A DNA stretch of 64,000 bases from Cyanobacteriota bacterium (GTDB lineage Bacteria; Cyanobacteriota; Cyanobacteriia; Cyanobacteriales; Nostocaceae), in the NCBI GenBank assembly GCA_046045965.1, contig JBJOKS010000022.1:32001-96000 (forward strand), written 5' to 3'. Shown here piece by piece: positions 27,522 to 38,015 of this stretch. The translations under genes and the position numbers were made by a program. Under the pieces are notes generated by a model that saw nothing but the letters and a program-made list of their open reading frames with translations, made no database searches and had not been told where the DNA came from. The first letter of the stretch is position 1, and every line of letters starts with the position of its first letter.

Positions 27522-29066
27522 TTGTTAAGTGCATTTACTGCTTGTCCAGGCTTATTTTACACCACACCAGCCCAAGATGGGATATTATCTCGTCTGCGAA
27601 TACCCGGTGGTATTTTGAATAGTGAACAGTTTCGCACTATTGCTCACATAGCTGCTAATTATGGTGGGGGCTACGTCGATGTGACAAATCGCGGTAACTT
27701 GCAAATAAGAGAAATAAAAAAAGAAATAAATCTTGAAGTTCTCGAACAGTTACAAAAATTGGGTTTAGGTTCTATTAATCCCGCTGTAGATCATATTCGC
27801 AATATTATGACTAGTCCCACTGCGGGTATAGATACTCAAGAATTAATAGATACTCGTCCGCTAGTGCAAGCTTGGGACGAATATATAACAACCAACTCCC
27901 ATTTAGGAGGACTTTCGGCAAAATTTAGCGTTTGCTTTGATGGTGGTGGTAAACTTTCTCTGAAAAACTGCCCCAACGATATCACTTTTGTTGCTGTTCA
28001 GGTAGATGGGGGGGGTAGGAAAGAACCGAAGTTCCTTCCTACGGGGAAATGGGGACATAATTCAGTATACCTCATTTTGCATCTTTGTGGTGGCGAACAA
28101 GAAAAATTATCTAAAAGTACAGGAATGTTGTTAACACCAGCGGAATGTATCCCGGTTTTAGCCGCTTTAGCAGAAGTCTATTTACAACATACAGACTCTA
28201 GCAGTCGTCGGAAACCACGTTTGCGGGAAGTTATTTATAATTTAGGCTGGGAAAATTATCTACAACAAGTTAAAGAAAACTTAACCACTGCCAAACTCCA
28301 GGTAGGTACAAAGCTAGAACATCAAAATATCAACCATAGGAGCAAAGACGCAAATTTGCATATTGATAAAAATAAAAATTTATATCATCTTGGTATTCAT
28401 CGCCAAAAACAATTAGGTTTATTTTATATCGGTATTGTTTTACCTTTGGGGCGTTTGCAAAGTTGGCAAATGCGCGGTTTAGCTAATTTAGCCGCAAAAT
28501 ATGGTAGTGCTAATCTCAGACTCACACCTTGGCAGAATATACTGATCACTGATATTCCCCAGAAACACATTTCAGAAGTTGAAACAGAAATTACCCATTT
28601 AGGACTGAGCTATTCAGAACTAAACATCAAAAGCGCATTAGTATCCTGTTCTGGAAACCAGGGTTGTGCTGCTGCTGCAACTGACACCAAAAGTCATGCT
28701 TTAACATTAGGAGAATATTTAGAAACTCAAATTACCTTGGATTCTCCCATTAATATACATTTTAGTGGTTGTGTTAAATCTTGCGCTCAACATCATCAAA
28801 GTGATATTACATTGCTTGGTGTGAATATTGAGGCAGAAAATGAAACTTGGGAAGGATATCAAATGTATCTTGCTGACGATACCTTACAACAATTTGGTCG
28901 TCAAATTTATGAAAATGTGACCTTTGCTGAATTACCTCAACTCATGGAACGAATGTTAAAAGTGTATCAAATTAAACGGGTTAGTTCTCAAGAATCATTT
29001 AGAGAATTTGCCAATCGTTATGATATATCTGAACTCAAACAATTGTTCACTGTTCAATCAATTTAA
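27522..29066 (+). CDS. cobG: Precorrin-3B synthase
   Basis: CPGL...DGILSRLRIPGG, CSGNQGC, HFSGCVKSCA; first gene of cob cluster. Confidence 0.92.
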   Translation: MLSAFTACPGLFYTTPAQDGILSRLRIPGGILNSEQFRTIAHIAANYGGGYVDVTNRGNLQIREIKKEINLEVLEQLQKLGLGSINPAVDHIRNIMTSPTAGIDTQELIDTRPLVQAWDEYITTNSHLGGLSAKFSVCFDGGGKLSLKNCPNDITFVAVQVDGGGRKEPKFLPTGKWGHNSVYLILHLCGGEQEKLSKSTGMLLTPAECIPVLAALAEVYLQHTDSSSRRKPRLREVIYNLGWENYLQQVKENLTTAKLQVGTKLEHQNINHRSKDANLHIDKNKNLYHLGIHRQKQLGLFYIGIVLPLGRLQSWQMRGLANLAAKYGSANLRLTPWQNILITDIPQKHISEVETEITHLGLSYSELNIKSALVSCSGNQGCAAAATDTKSHALTLGEYLETQITLDSPINIHFSGCVKSCAQHHQSDITLLGVNIEAENETWEGYQMYLADDTLQQFGRQIYENVTFAELPQLMERMLKVYQIKRVSSQESFREFANRYDISELKQLFTVQSI

Positions 29067-29092
29067 TTCTCAAATCCAAAATCTCAGAACTT

Positions 29093-29722
29093 ATGTTTAA
29101 TTATATACGTGATGCCAACGAAATATACAGAAAATCCTTCGCCATTATTCGCTCAGAAGCTAACTTAGATATTCTGCCCGAAGATGTATCACAAGTTGCC
29201 GTCCGTCTAATTCATGCCTGTGGAATGCCGGATATTGCCACAGATTTGGCATATTCACGCAATGCGGTAATCTCAGGGAGAAAAGCTTTAGCAGCTGGCG
29301 CACCCATTTTGTGTGATTGTCGTATGGTTGCCGAAGGTGTCACCCGCAAAAGATTACCTGCCAATAACGCCGTGATCTGCACCTTGAATGATCCAGAAGT
29401 CCCAGCAATAGCGAAACGGCTGACAAATACCCGTTCAGCAGCCGCTTTAGAACTATGGCGTTTTCATCTCGATGGGGCAGTTGTCGCTATTGGTAATGCA
29501 CCCACAGCCTTGTTTAGATTATTAGAAATGCTAGATGAGGGAGTACCACGTCCAGCACTAATTTTAGGCTTTCCCGTGGGTTTTGTCGGTGCAGCAGAAT
29601 CAAAAGCCGCTTTAGCAGCAGATAGCCGTGGTGTACCATTTTTAACTTTACATGGACGACGAGGCGGTAGTGCGATCGCTTCTGCTGCTGTTAACGCCTT
29701 AGCAACCGAGGAAGAAATATAA
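29093..29722 (+). CDS. cobH: Precorrin-8X methylmutase
   Basis: IYRKSFAII, TRSAAA, IGNAPTAL, PVGFVGAAESK, GRRGGS. Confidence 0.96.
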   Translation: MFNYIRDANEIYRKSFAIIRSEANLDILPEDVSQVAVRLIHACGMPDIATDLAYSRNAVISGRKALAAGAPILCDCRMVAEGVTRKRLPANNAVICTLNDPEVPAIAKRLTNTRSAAALELWRFHLDGAVVAIGNAPTALFRLLEMLDEGVPRPALILGFPVGFVGAAESKAALAADSRGVPFLTLHGRRGGSAIASAAVNALATEEEI

Positions 29723-29724
29723 AT

Positions 29725-30429
29725 ATGAACTCAAAAGGTCGTCTGTATGGAGTCGGTGTCGGTCCTGGAGATCCAGAACTATTGACATTAAAAGCATTAC
29801 GCTTATTACGTTCGGCCTCTGTTATTGCCTATCAGTCAGCAGTAGACCGGGAAAGTATCGCCAGAAAAATTGTGTCGCCATATTTACCCGGTCATCAAAT
29901 TGAGGTTTTATATCATCTTCCCCGCGCCTTAGAACCAGAAAAAGCTCAAGCTATCTATGACAAAGAAGTTGAACCCATCGCCGAACATTTAGCCGCAGGT
30001 CGGGATGTGGTCGTATTGTGTGAAGGAGATCCGTTCTTTTACGGGTCTTTTATGTATATCTTCACTCGTTTATCTGACCAATATCAAACAGAAGTAGTGC
30101 CTGGTATTTCTTCTTTGATGGCCTGTCCAGTATCCTTGGGTGTACCCTTCACCTACTACAATGATATTCTCACCGTTCTACCCGCCACACTGCCCACAGA
30201 AATGCTCACTTCTCAACTTTTAGCCACAGATGCAGCCGCAATTATGAAACTCGGCCGCCATTTTACTAAAGTCCGTGATGTCTTGCATCAATTGGGACTA
30301 ACTTCACGGGCAAAATATATTGAACGAGCAACAACTACCCAACAACGCATCATACCCTTAGATGAAGTAGATCCAGAACAAGTACCCTATTTCTCTATGA
30401 TCGTCATACCTACTAAGCAAAGGCTTTAA
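29725..30429 (+). CDS. cobI: Precorrin-2 C20-methyltransferase
   Basis: LYGVGVGPGDPELLTLKA, EGDPFFYGS, PYFS. Confidence 0.95.
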   Translation: MNSKGRLYGVGVGPGDPELLTLKALRLLRSASVIAYQSAVDRESIARKIVSPYLPGHQIEVLYHLPRALEPEKAQAIYDKEVEPIAEHLAAGRDVVVLCEGDPFFYGSFMYIFTRLSDQYQTEVVPGISSLMACPVSLGVPFTYYNDILTVLPATLPTEMLTSQLLATDAAAIMKLGRHFTKVRDVLHQLGLTSRAKYIERATTTQQRIIPLDEVDPEQVPYFSMIVIPTKQRL

Positions 30430-30609
30430 GGAGTCAGGAGTCAGGAGTCAGGATATATATTACTTCTTCCCAGTCCCCAGTAAAGAGTCCCCAGTCACAG
30501 CGCAATAGTAAGTTAAGACTATTGACTACGACCGAAAAACCTGATATAGTTAGTCTTGACGAGGAAGAACTATCTGGCAATAATTAAATAAAAATAATTT
30601 AAATATTAA

Positions 30610-32340
30610 ATGAAAACAAGGGTTGCACCAGCCGTTGTCATACTGGGACAAAATAGTATCGCAGTAGCCAGGCAAATTATCAGAATTTTACCAGGGGCGA
30701 AGTTATACGGTTTAGCAAGTCGCACCTGTGATGTTGATGCGAGTTATACGAATTTTGGCGATACACTGCGGGAGTTTTTTGCTGCGGGAACACCTATAAT
30801 TGGCATTTGTGCGGCTGGGATTCTCATTAGAACTTTAGCACCACTGATTACAGATAAAAGTCAAGAACCACCAGTATTGGCTGTAGCCGAAGATGGGAGT
30901 GCAGTTGTCCCGCTTTTAGGTGGACTAAGTGGGGTAAATGAATTAGCACGGCAAATAGCAGAAGCTTTAAATGTCCAAGCTGCAATTACAACTACAGGAG
31001 ATTTGCGTTTTCGCACAACGTTGTTATCTCCTCCTCCTGGATATTATTTAGCTAACCCAGAAGATGGGAAAAAATTTATAGCAGACTTATTAGCAGGAGC
31101 AAAAGTTAAATTAGTAGGAACAGCACCTTGGTTAAGTGAAAGTAACTTACCCATTGATGATGATGGTGAGTTAACCATTCAAGTGACAGAAAAAGAGGTG
31201 ATTTCTCAACCTAACTGTTTAGTTTATCATCCCAAAAAAGTTGCGATCGCCATCACTACCCCCAATTCAGAAACACTTAGCCACATTTACGAACTACTAG
31301 AAGACGCACAGGTTTCACCCAAAACAGTCGCAGTCATCCTTGCACCTCTCTACCTAGCTACTAACTCCATACTCCAAAATATTGCCAATATTTTTAAAGT
31401 ACCAAATCGGTTTTTCAAAGCCAGTCAACTAACAGAATTTACCATACAAGGATACAGTTTCCACGAAGCAGTTGTTTTTGCAGGTACAGAACCAAATAAC
31501 AAATCTTTGTGTTCTGCATTTTCCCACATTACTTTGAGCATTTCTCCCCAAATTATCGACCCTGAAACCATCGGACAACCACAGGGAAAATTAGCCATCA
31601 TTGGTACAGGACCTGGTGCATCAAAATGGATGTCACCCGAAGTTAAAGAAATTCTCAATCATGCTACAGATTTAGTAGGTTATAAAACTTATATCAATTT
31701 AATTGGTGCTTTAGCTGAAGGTAAAAAAATTCATGAATCTGATAACAGAGAAGAAGAAACACGGGCAAAAATGGCCTTAGACTTAGCCGCAGAGGGTAAA
31801 TATGTAGCGGTAGTTTCTTCAGGAGACCCCGGTATTTATGCAATGGCCACCGCAGTTTTTGAAGTCATAGATAAATATAATCAACCAGAATGGCAAACTA
31901 TTGATATTCAAGTAGCCCCTGGTATTTCTGCTATGCAAGCCACCGCAGCAGCTATTGGCGCACCTTTAGGACATGACTTTTGTGTAATTTCGCTTTCTGA
32001 CATTTTGAAACCTTGGGAAATTATCGCCCAACGCATCACAAACGCAGCCCAAGGTGATTTTGTTATAGCATTTTATAACCCTGTTTCTAAAGAACGCACT
32101 TGGCAATTAGCAGAAGCTAAAAATATCTTGCTACAGCATAGAAAACCAGATACACCAGTAATATTAGGGTGGAATATTGGCAGACCAGGACAAACTGTAA
32201 AAGTCATCACCCTCGAACAATTAGAACCAATAGAAGCCGATATGCGAACTTTAATTATTATCGGTTCTTCTCAAACGCGGAAAATTGAAACCAGTGAAAA
32301 AAATATACGGGTTTATACACCACGCCGTTATAATTCGTAA
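30610..32340 (+). CDS. cobJ: CbiG N-terminal domain fused to precorrin-3B C17-methyltransferase
   Basis: AAGILIRTLAP...VPLLGG (CbiG); SSGDPGIYAM, GHDFCVISLSD, YTPRRY (CobJ). Confidence 0.92.
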   Translation: MKTRVAPAVVILGQNSIAVARQIIRILPGAKLYGLASRTCDVDASYTNFGDTLREFFAAGTPIIGICAAGILIRTLAPLITDKSQEPPVLAVAEDGSAVVPLLGGLSGVNELARQIAEALNVQAAITTTGDLRFRTTLLSPPPGYYLANPEDGKKFIADLLAGAKVKLVGTAPWLSESNLPIDDDGELTIQVTEKEVISQPNCLVYHPKKVAIAITTPNSETLSHIYELLEDAQVSPKTVAVILAPLYLATNSILQNIANIFKVPNRFFKASQLTEFTIQGYSFHEAVVFAGTEPNNKSLCSAFSHITLSISPQIIDPETIGQPQGKLAIIGTGPGASKWMSPEVKEILNHATDLVGYKTYINLIGALAEGKKIHESDNREEETRAKMALDLAAEGKYVAVVSSGDPGIYAMATAVFEVIDKYNQPEWQTIDIQVAPGISAMQATAAAIGAPLGHDFCVISLSDILKPWEIIAQRITNAAQGDFVIAFYNPVSKERTWQLAEAKNILLQHRKPDTPVILGWNIGRPGQTVKVITLEQLEPIEADMRTLIIIGSSQTRKIETSEKNIRVYTPRRYNS

Positions 32341-33098
32341 TTAGTAATTTAACAACTCCTGAGTTCCTGAGAGGATATTTGTAAAGTCTTAAAGTCTACC
32401 GAAAAACCTCTCTCCTTGTAGAATAAAAGCTTTGAAACATTAGGTTCTGAGGATTTTGGTGTTTCATACAATACTTTTAAAACATCCCCAGTATTCCACA
32501 AATAAAGCCCCAAGAATAACAACTTATTCTCAGGGCTGTCATACCTGACCACATTTACATTTTTAATTGAAAAATACCAGAAGTTTTGAGAAATCAAAGA
32601 CATAAATATCGGAATTATGTCTAAAAATGAATGACTGAATTTAGGAATTTGTGTTATGATGTTATGGCTTTTTTTTATGTAATACATCCAGATATTTATG
32701 AGACTATTTCTGCATTTATATTTTTTCTAAAATTGGCAATATTCAAAACATAGAAGATGCTTAACCCCATCTGCGCTGACAAAAGTCAGAATCATCATCA
32801 TTTTTTGGATTCAGACTTGATAATTTATATAAAAAGGCGTTATTTTGTAATACTATTTTGACAAAGATTCTGTAAATAAATTCCATCTCAGAAACTCTAA
32901 TGACTCATAAAGTCTCAAACAAAAAGATATAATTAAAGTAGTTATGTCCAGTCAAATGCTCACAAATACTTGATTTTTTAGTTTTTATCATCAACAATAA
33001 AAGCATCATGTTTCATACATGATTGTAGCCAATAAAAGTGACAGAAGCCCTAATATATGTCCGCCCTTGCGGACATTTTATTTACTTATTTATTTACT

Positions 33099-33208
33099 TA
33101 TAGGAATCATATTTGATTATTGAAAAACACTCCGTACACTTTCCCTGTTCCCTGTTCCCTGTTCCCTCTCTACACAGATAATTTCACAAATCAAATACCA
33201 ATCCTATA
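33099..33208. mobile_element. MITE-like element with internal CCCTGTT repeats
   Basis: Imperfect TIRs TATAGGAATC-ATATTTGATT ... AATCAAATA-CCAATCCTATA; related copy at 48775-48913. Confidence 0.65.
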
Positions 33209-33597
33209 TAAATCACCATCTATAGTCGTGGACAGGGTGCTTAGGACATCAATTGATCATAAAACTCCCACTACAAGAGGGTTTTACTCCTGACTCCTGA
33301 CTCCTGCTATAGATTGATTTTTTGTTTGATTAAAAAAATAATTTCTCAGTCTCTTGCTCAGGGTGAGATTGCCATAATAAAAAGACATAAATACTATAAT
33401 TATGTCCAAAAAAATTTAATGCCTGTCCTAGAAGTCGGGTATCTGGATATTGTATTTTTTAAGTTGCGCCACTTACTATGACAGATGCTGAGATTAGCTA
33501 TCACATAAATCAACTATTATTATTCCTGATAGCTCTGCTCTTGAATTGAAAGATTTAATCGTGTATTCTGAAAATTCAAGAACATTTATCAAGAAAA

Positions 33598-33969
33598 ATG
33601 ACGAACAAATTTATACTAACCTTATTTTCCTCTCCTGTGTTGATTAGCTCTTTTTTGACGATGGGAGTAATGCTAAATCAAGCCCAAGCAGCCGAACCAG
33701 TAGCCAAAAACACAGCCCAAAATAAAGATAATTTGTCTTGTATTCGCAATAAACATAAAGTGGGTTTAGTCTGTGCCAGAGCTTCCGTATTGGCTCAAAT
33801 TCCAGAGTATCAAGCCCAACCAGAAGATTTTGCTACTCCTGATGATATTCAAATGCTAGAGTTCAATATTGAAGAAAGTAATATGGCAGTAGATTTATTT
33901 GGCTGTGACTGCCCAGCTTGTATAAATTCTTTACGAGCCATGCGTGGTGTAACACCTTTGGTTTATTAA
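33598..33969 (+). CDS. Exported hypothetical protein with C-terminal CxCxxC motif
   Basis: Signal-like N-terminus ending AQA; GCDCPAC. Confidence 0.75.
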   Translation: MTNKFILTLFSSPVLISSFLTMGVMLNQAQAAEPVAKNTAQNKDNLSCIRNKHKVGLVCARASVLAQIPEYQAQPEDFATPDDIQMLEFNIEESNMAVDLFGCDCPACINSLRAMRGVTPLVY

Positions 33970-34007
33970 GAACCAAAGACTGGGGACTGGGGAACAGTGA
34001 AGAATGA

Positions 34008-34085
34008 TAGGACTTACGCACAAAAGTTATCTGTGGAGACAGGATGTAGGGGTGTAGGGGTGTAAGGGTTTTTGCGTAAGTCCTA
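34008..34085. mobile_element. MITE-like element
   Basis: Perfect 13-bp TIR TAGGACTTACGCA...TGCGTAAGTCCTA. Confidence 0.8.
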
Positions 34086-34115
34086 AATGATGGACAATGA
34101 TAACTGAATTGAAGC

Positions 34116-34919
34116 CTATCCGCGAATACCATTCACATACGCAGATGTCAAATCGTGCTGTGGTTCAGTAAAAATCTGTTCGACTGTACCATACTCGATT
34201 AATCTTCCCACTTCTGCTTGTACCCAAAATAGGGCAGCGTGATCGCCAATGCGTCTGGCTTGAGCGAGGTTATGGGTGACAATTACCACTGTGTAACGTC
34301 CGCGCAGACTAGCAATTAAATCTTCAACTACGCCGCTAGAAATTGGATCAAGGGCGCTACAAGGTTCATCAAATAATAAAACTTCTGGTTGCAAAACCAA
34401 AGCACGGGCAATACATAAACGTTGCTTTTGTCCACCAGATAAAGATAAAGCTGAAGTATGCAGTCGATCTTTAACTTCGTTCCACAGTCCAACATCTTGG
34501 AGTGTGCTTTCAATTAGCCAGTCTAGTTTCTCACGGTTTTTGATTCCGTGTTCTTGTAGGGGAAAGGCTAAATTCTTCCAAATTGAGAAGGGAAAAGGAT
34601 TAGGTTTTTGAAAGATTTTACCCACACGCCGACGTAAGGCGATCGCATCTACACTGTTATGGAGAATTTCTAAATCATCTAACCGAATACTGCCCGAAAT
34701 CTTGGTATGAGGAATTAAATCAGTTAAGCGATTGAGACAACTTAAAAAACTGCTTTTGCCACAGCCAGAAGGTCCCACCAATGCCGTAATTTTACCTGCC
34801 TGAATCGGCATGGTGATATCTTTAAAAGCTGCTTTTTTGCCATAATACAAACTCAGTCCCTCAGTGTACATTGAAGGCAGAGTTGAGGGAGAATTGTGTT
34901 TAAATTGAGATTGCTTCAT
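34116..34919 (-). CDS. pstB: Phosphate ABC transporter ATPase
   Basis: GPSGCGKS, FQKPNPFP, LSGGQKQR, DEPCSALDP; ATGA overlap with pstA. Confidence 0.93.
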   Translation of the reverse strand: MKQSQFKHNSPSTLPSMYTEGLSLYYGKKAAFKDITMPIQAGKITALVGPSGCGKSSFLSCLNRLTDLIPHTKISGSIRLDDLEILHNSVDAIALRRRVGKIFQKPNPFPFSIWKNLAFPLQEHGIKNREKLDWLIESTLQDVGLWNEVKDRLHTSALSLSGGQKQRLCIARALVLQPEVLLFDEPCSALDPISSGVVEDLIASLRGRYTVVIVTHNLAQARRIGDHAALFWVQAEVGRLIEYGTVEQIFTEPQHDLTSAYVNGIRG

Positions 34920-35761
34920 GTAATTCTCCGCGCTAACCAAAATTGGGTTGTCCAAGTTGCCATACCATTCACCAGCAACAATAAAATCAACAGCACTAAA
35001 GCAGAAGCGTAGGCGTTAGCATCCCCACCGGCGACATTCATTGATAAATCGAAAATGTGCAGTGATAGCGATCGCCCGGAATCTAATAACGACTCTGGCA
35101 TTCGATCTACATAACCACTGGTAAAAATCAATGCGGCTGTCTCGGCGATCGCCCTACCAATTCCCAGTACCAAACCCACAACTAACCCCGGTGTCGCTGC
35201 TGGTAAAAGCAGTTTCCATAATGTGGTGGTGCGTGATAATCCCAAAGCCGCAGCCCCTAACCGATACTCAGCTGGAACAGCTTGCAGTCCTGCTTCTGCG
35301 GAACGAATCAATATCGGCAACACCATACAAGCCAAGGTCAAACCACCTGATAAAATCGAAAAACCTAATCCCAACTTAATTGCAAAAAAGGCATTACCAA
35401 ACAAGCCAAAAACAATGGATGGTACTCCTGCTAATACATCCAAACTGCGACGAACTAAACGCCCAAACACACTTTCAGTAGTGGTAAACTCGGCTAACAG
35501 TACGGCAGTTCCCACACCCAGGGGAAGAGAAACTGCTAGACAAACTCCCAATATCAGACAAGTAGAAATCAAGATTGGTGCAATTCCCCCCTCTCGTCCC
35601 GCATTTTGCGGTTCAGTGGTTAGAAATTCCCAGGAAATTTGCCCTGCACCATGCCAGACAATATCACCTAAAATCCAACAAAAAACGGCGGTGACAAATA
35701 TAGCGATCGCCCACAGAATCAGAGTAGGTAATAAAATCTGATTTTGTAATTTTTTACCCAT
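34916..35761 (-). CDS. pstA: Phosphate ABC transporter permease
   Basis: GGIAPIL, LAGVPSIVFGLFG, RAIAETAAL. Confidence 0.93.
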   Translation of the reverse strand: MGKKLQNQILLPTLILWAIAIFVTAVFCWILGDIVWHGAGQISWEFLTTEPQNAGREGGIAPILISTCLILGVCLAVSLPLGVGTAVLLAEFTTTESVFGRLVRRSLDVLAGVPSIVFGLFGNAFFAIKLGLGFSILSGGLTLACMVLPILIRSAEAGLQAVPAEYRLGAAALGLSRTTTLWKLLLPAATPGLVVGLVLGIGRAIAETAALIFTSGYVDRMPESLLDSGRSLSLHIFDLSMNVAGGDANAYASALVLLILLLLVNGMATWTTQFWLARRIT

Positions 35762-36632
35762 AAATGTCTCTCCTGCTGATCACTTCGGCAATAACCACCA
35801 AAGCAGCGATCGCTATCATCAACAACAAGCCATTTACAAATAATGCAGAACGGTGATTTCCTGTGGCATAAGCCATTTCTAAGGCAATATTGGCAGTGAG
35901 GGTGCGAACAGGGTCAAATATGCTTTTGGGTGTTTGCACGACATTGCCACAAACCATCAACACTGCCATTGTTTCGCCAATAGCGCGACCTGTTCCTAAA
36001 ATCAAACCAGTAAATAAACCAGATTTAGCAGCAGGTAACACAACACTGCGAATGGTTGACCAGGGAGAAATTCCTAAAGCAGCCGCACCCTGTATATACT
36101 CTGTAGGAACTTCTGAAAAACTCGCTTCTGCTGTTAAGGCGATCGTCGGTAATATCATTAATGTCAAAATAGCAATTCCCGCTAACAGGCTAGTTCCTGG
36201 TGCTTGCAATTTGCCAATTAGTGGTACAAGCACGACCAAACCCCAAAAACCGTAAACTACAGAAGGAATACCTGCCAGTAACTCAATTAACTGCCGATAA
36301 AATCTAGTGATCAAAGGAGGTGCATAATACTGACAAAATATTGCCGAGCCAATACCTAAAGGTGCAGCAAACATTACAGAACCCAGCGTTACCAACAGAC
36401 TTCCCCACAGCATCGGCATCAAATTATAGAATCCTTCTACCGGATGCCAAGATGGATCTTTTACAAAACGCCACCATCCTAACTGTTGTAATATCGGCAA
36501 GGCTTCCAGTAATAAGAATCCTGTAATTAAGATCACAATTACACCTGTGATCAGAGCTAATCCCCGTAATATCCACAAAAGAAAGATATCACTTTGATAT
36601 GGGGACAAAATCTTGTTTTTTAACAATGTCAT
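35754..36632 (-). CDS. pstC: Phosphate ABC transporter permease
   Basis: ELLAGIPSVVYGFWG, GRAIGETMAV; start approximate. Confidence 0.93.
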   Translation of the reverse strand: MTLLKNKILSPYQSDIFLLWILRGLALITGVIVILITGFLLLEALPILQQLGWWRFVKDPSWHPVEGFYNLMPMLWGSLLVTLGSVMFAAPLGIGSAIFCQYYAPPLITRFYRQLIELLAGIPSVVYGFWGLVVLVPLIGKLQAPGTSLLAGIAILTLMILPTIALTAEASFSEVPTEYIQGAAALGISPWSTIRSVVLPAAKSGLFTGLILGTGRAIGETMAVLMVCGNVVQTPKSIFDPVRTLTANIALEMAYATGNHRSALFVNGLLLMIAIAALVVIAEVISRRDIYG

Positions 36633-37443
36633 GAACTTGTGGCGACTGTGCAAACTCAATAAATGCTTGATCTAAGCCTTGGGGCTGGGTTTTAGTAACC
36701 AAATTTAGGGAACGGGAAAGGGGAAATGTCCCATTTTTGACATTCTCTGTAGTGGCGGCAATTCCATTTAGAGGTAATAATTTAATAGGAACGCCGTTGT
36801 TAATACTAAATTCAGCCGTACCAATTGATACGTAACCAATGGCATTGGGATTACCTGCTACTGTCTTAATTCCCTGCTGGTTATCTCCTATGACAACCGA
36901 TGATTTAATATCGTTATTTTTGAGTTGAAAGTAGCTCAGAAACAGTTCTAAAGTAGAACGTCCTTCTGCTTTATTCACAACTGTAATCGGTGCATTTTTG
37001 CCGCTAACCTGTTGCCAATTGTTAATTTTACCAGTGTAAATATCCACAACTTGTTGATTTGACAAGGATTTTACTGGATTATCTTTGTGTAAAATTATGC
37101 CAATTCCATCTCTAGCAATTGAAAAAGCTTGTAGGTCTTTTTCTTCATCTTTGAGGCTACGAGAAATCATCCCAATATTAGCAACGCCTGTACGAGCATC
37201 AGCAATACCACGAGATGAACCTCCGGTTTGTACATCCACTCGCACATCAGGATGCTCTGATTCAAATTGCTTACCAATTTCTGCTACCAACGGTGCTACT
37301 GTACTAGAACCTGTTAAAATTAACTTTCCTTGCAGCTTGTCGGTTGCTTGAGTAGCTGTTTTTGCAGGTTGTGTGCAAGATTGTAGACCTAAACTAATGG
37401 TGGTAGCAACAGTTATAAATGCTAGTGTGTTAAGTTGTTTCAT
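36589..37443 (-). CDS. pstS: Phosphate-binding lipoprotein
   Basis: Lipobox LQSC, TGSSTV, GGSSRG, AIGYVS. Confidence 0.9.
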   Translation of the reverse strand: MKQLNTLAFITVATTISLGLQSCTQPAKTATQATDKLQGKLILTGSSTVAPLVAEIGKQFESEHPDVRVDVQTGGSSRGIADARTGVANIGMISRSLKDEEKDLQAFSIARDGIGIILHKDNPVKSLSNQQVVDIYTGKINNWQQVSGKNAPITVVNKAEGRSTLELFLSYFQLKNNDIKSSVVIGDNQQGIKTVAGNPNAIGYVSIGTAEFSINNGVPIKLLPLNGIAATTENVKNGTFPLSRSLNLVTKTQPQGLDQAFIEFAQSPQVHDIVKKQDFVPISK

Positions 37444-37465
37444 CGAATAATTGCGTTAAAACTTT

Positions 37466-37774
37466 TTATTCAAAAGAGAGCAGACAACAGCCTAAATCAA
37501 TTGCTTTACCAGTGTTAATTTGTCGAATGCTAGGAACAAAATGGTAAAGTACCGCCTTACCATCTCGTTGTGCTTCTACAAAACCTGCTTCTCGCAATAT
37601 TTTTAAATGGTGGGATAATAAACTCTGCTCCAGCTTTAAGAAAGAATTCAGTTCCCCTACGTGCTTTGGTCCTTCCATCAGTATTTTGAGAACAGATAGA
37701 CGAGTTGTATCCGCTAACACTTTAAGTTGACAAGCGCAGAAATCTGAAGATGTTAAATTTTTAGGGTTCATCAT
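37466..37774 (-). CDS. ArsR/SmtB family repressor
   Basis: LKVLADTTRL, SLLSHHLKILREAG; N-terminal CAC and C-terminal GCC. Confidence 0.92.
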   Translation of the reverse strand: MMNPKNLTSSDFCACQLKVLADTTRLSVLKILMEGPKHVGELNSFLKLEQSLLSHHLKILREAGFVEAQRDGKAVLYHFVPSIRQINTGKAIDLGCCLLSFE

Positions 37775-37807
37775 CTACCATTGGTATAATTTGAATGGCT
37801 ATTGATA

Positions 37808-37834
37808 TGAAAAATTTTTCAATTCTAAATTATA
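37808..37834 (-). promoter_or_regulatory. -10 box and putative ArsR operator
   Basis: Minus-strand TATAAT (37829-34) followed by perfect palindrome TGAAAAATTTTTCA (37808-21). Confidence 0.65.
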
Positions 37835-37940
37835 GTTGTTTTCTGCTACAGAGTGGTAGAAGTTGTGGATGTTAGATCAGGACTTAAGCAAAAACACGAA
37901 AAATTAAGGGGTGATGAAAAGATGAACTTTCGTTTTTGTC

Positions 37941-37984
37941 CCGCTATCCATCCCCACCCTATAGAGGGATGGGGAATTTCGCGG
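37941..37984. mobile_element. IS200/IS605-type end hairpin remnant
   Basis: CCCCACCCTATAGAGGGATGGGG imperfect hairpin; no transposase nearby. Confidence 0.45.
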
Positions 37985-38015
37985 ATATTTGGTAAAACTC
38001 CTACACCCTGTCGAA

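Noticed and set aside
32349..32687. 112-aa ORF and a nested 21-aa frame (32477-32542)
   Set aside because: No motif or clear RBS; compatible with chance in AT-rich intergenic DNA
35131..37351. Plus-strand ORFs over pst genes (and similar shadow ORFs elsewhere)
   Set aside because: Antisense shadows of well-supported genes
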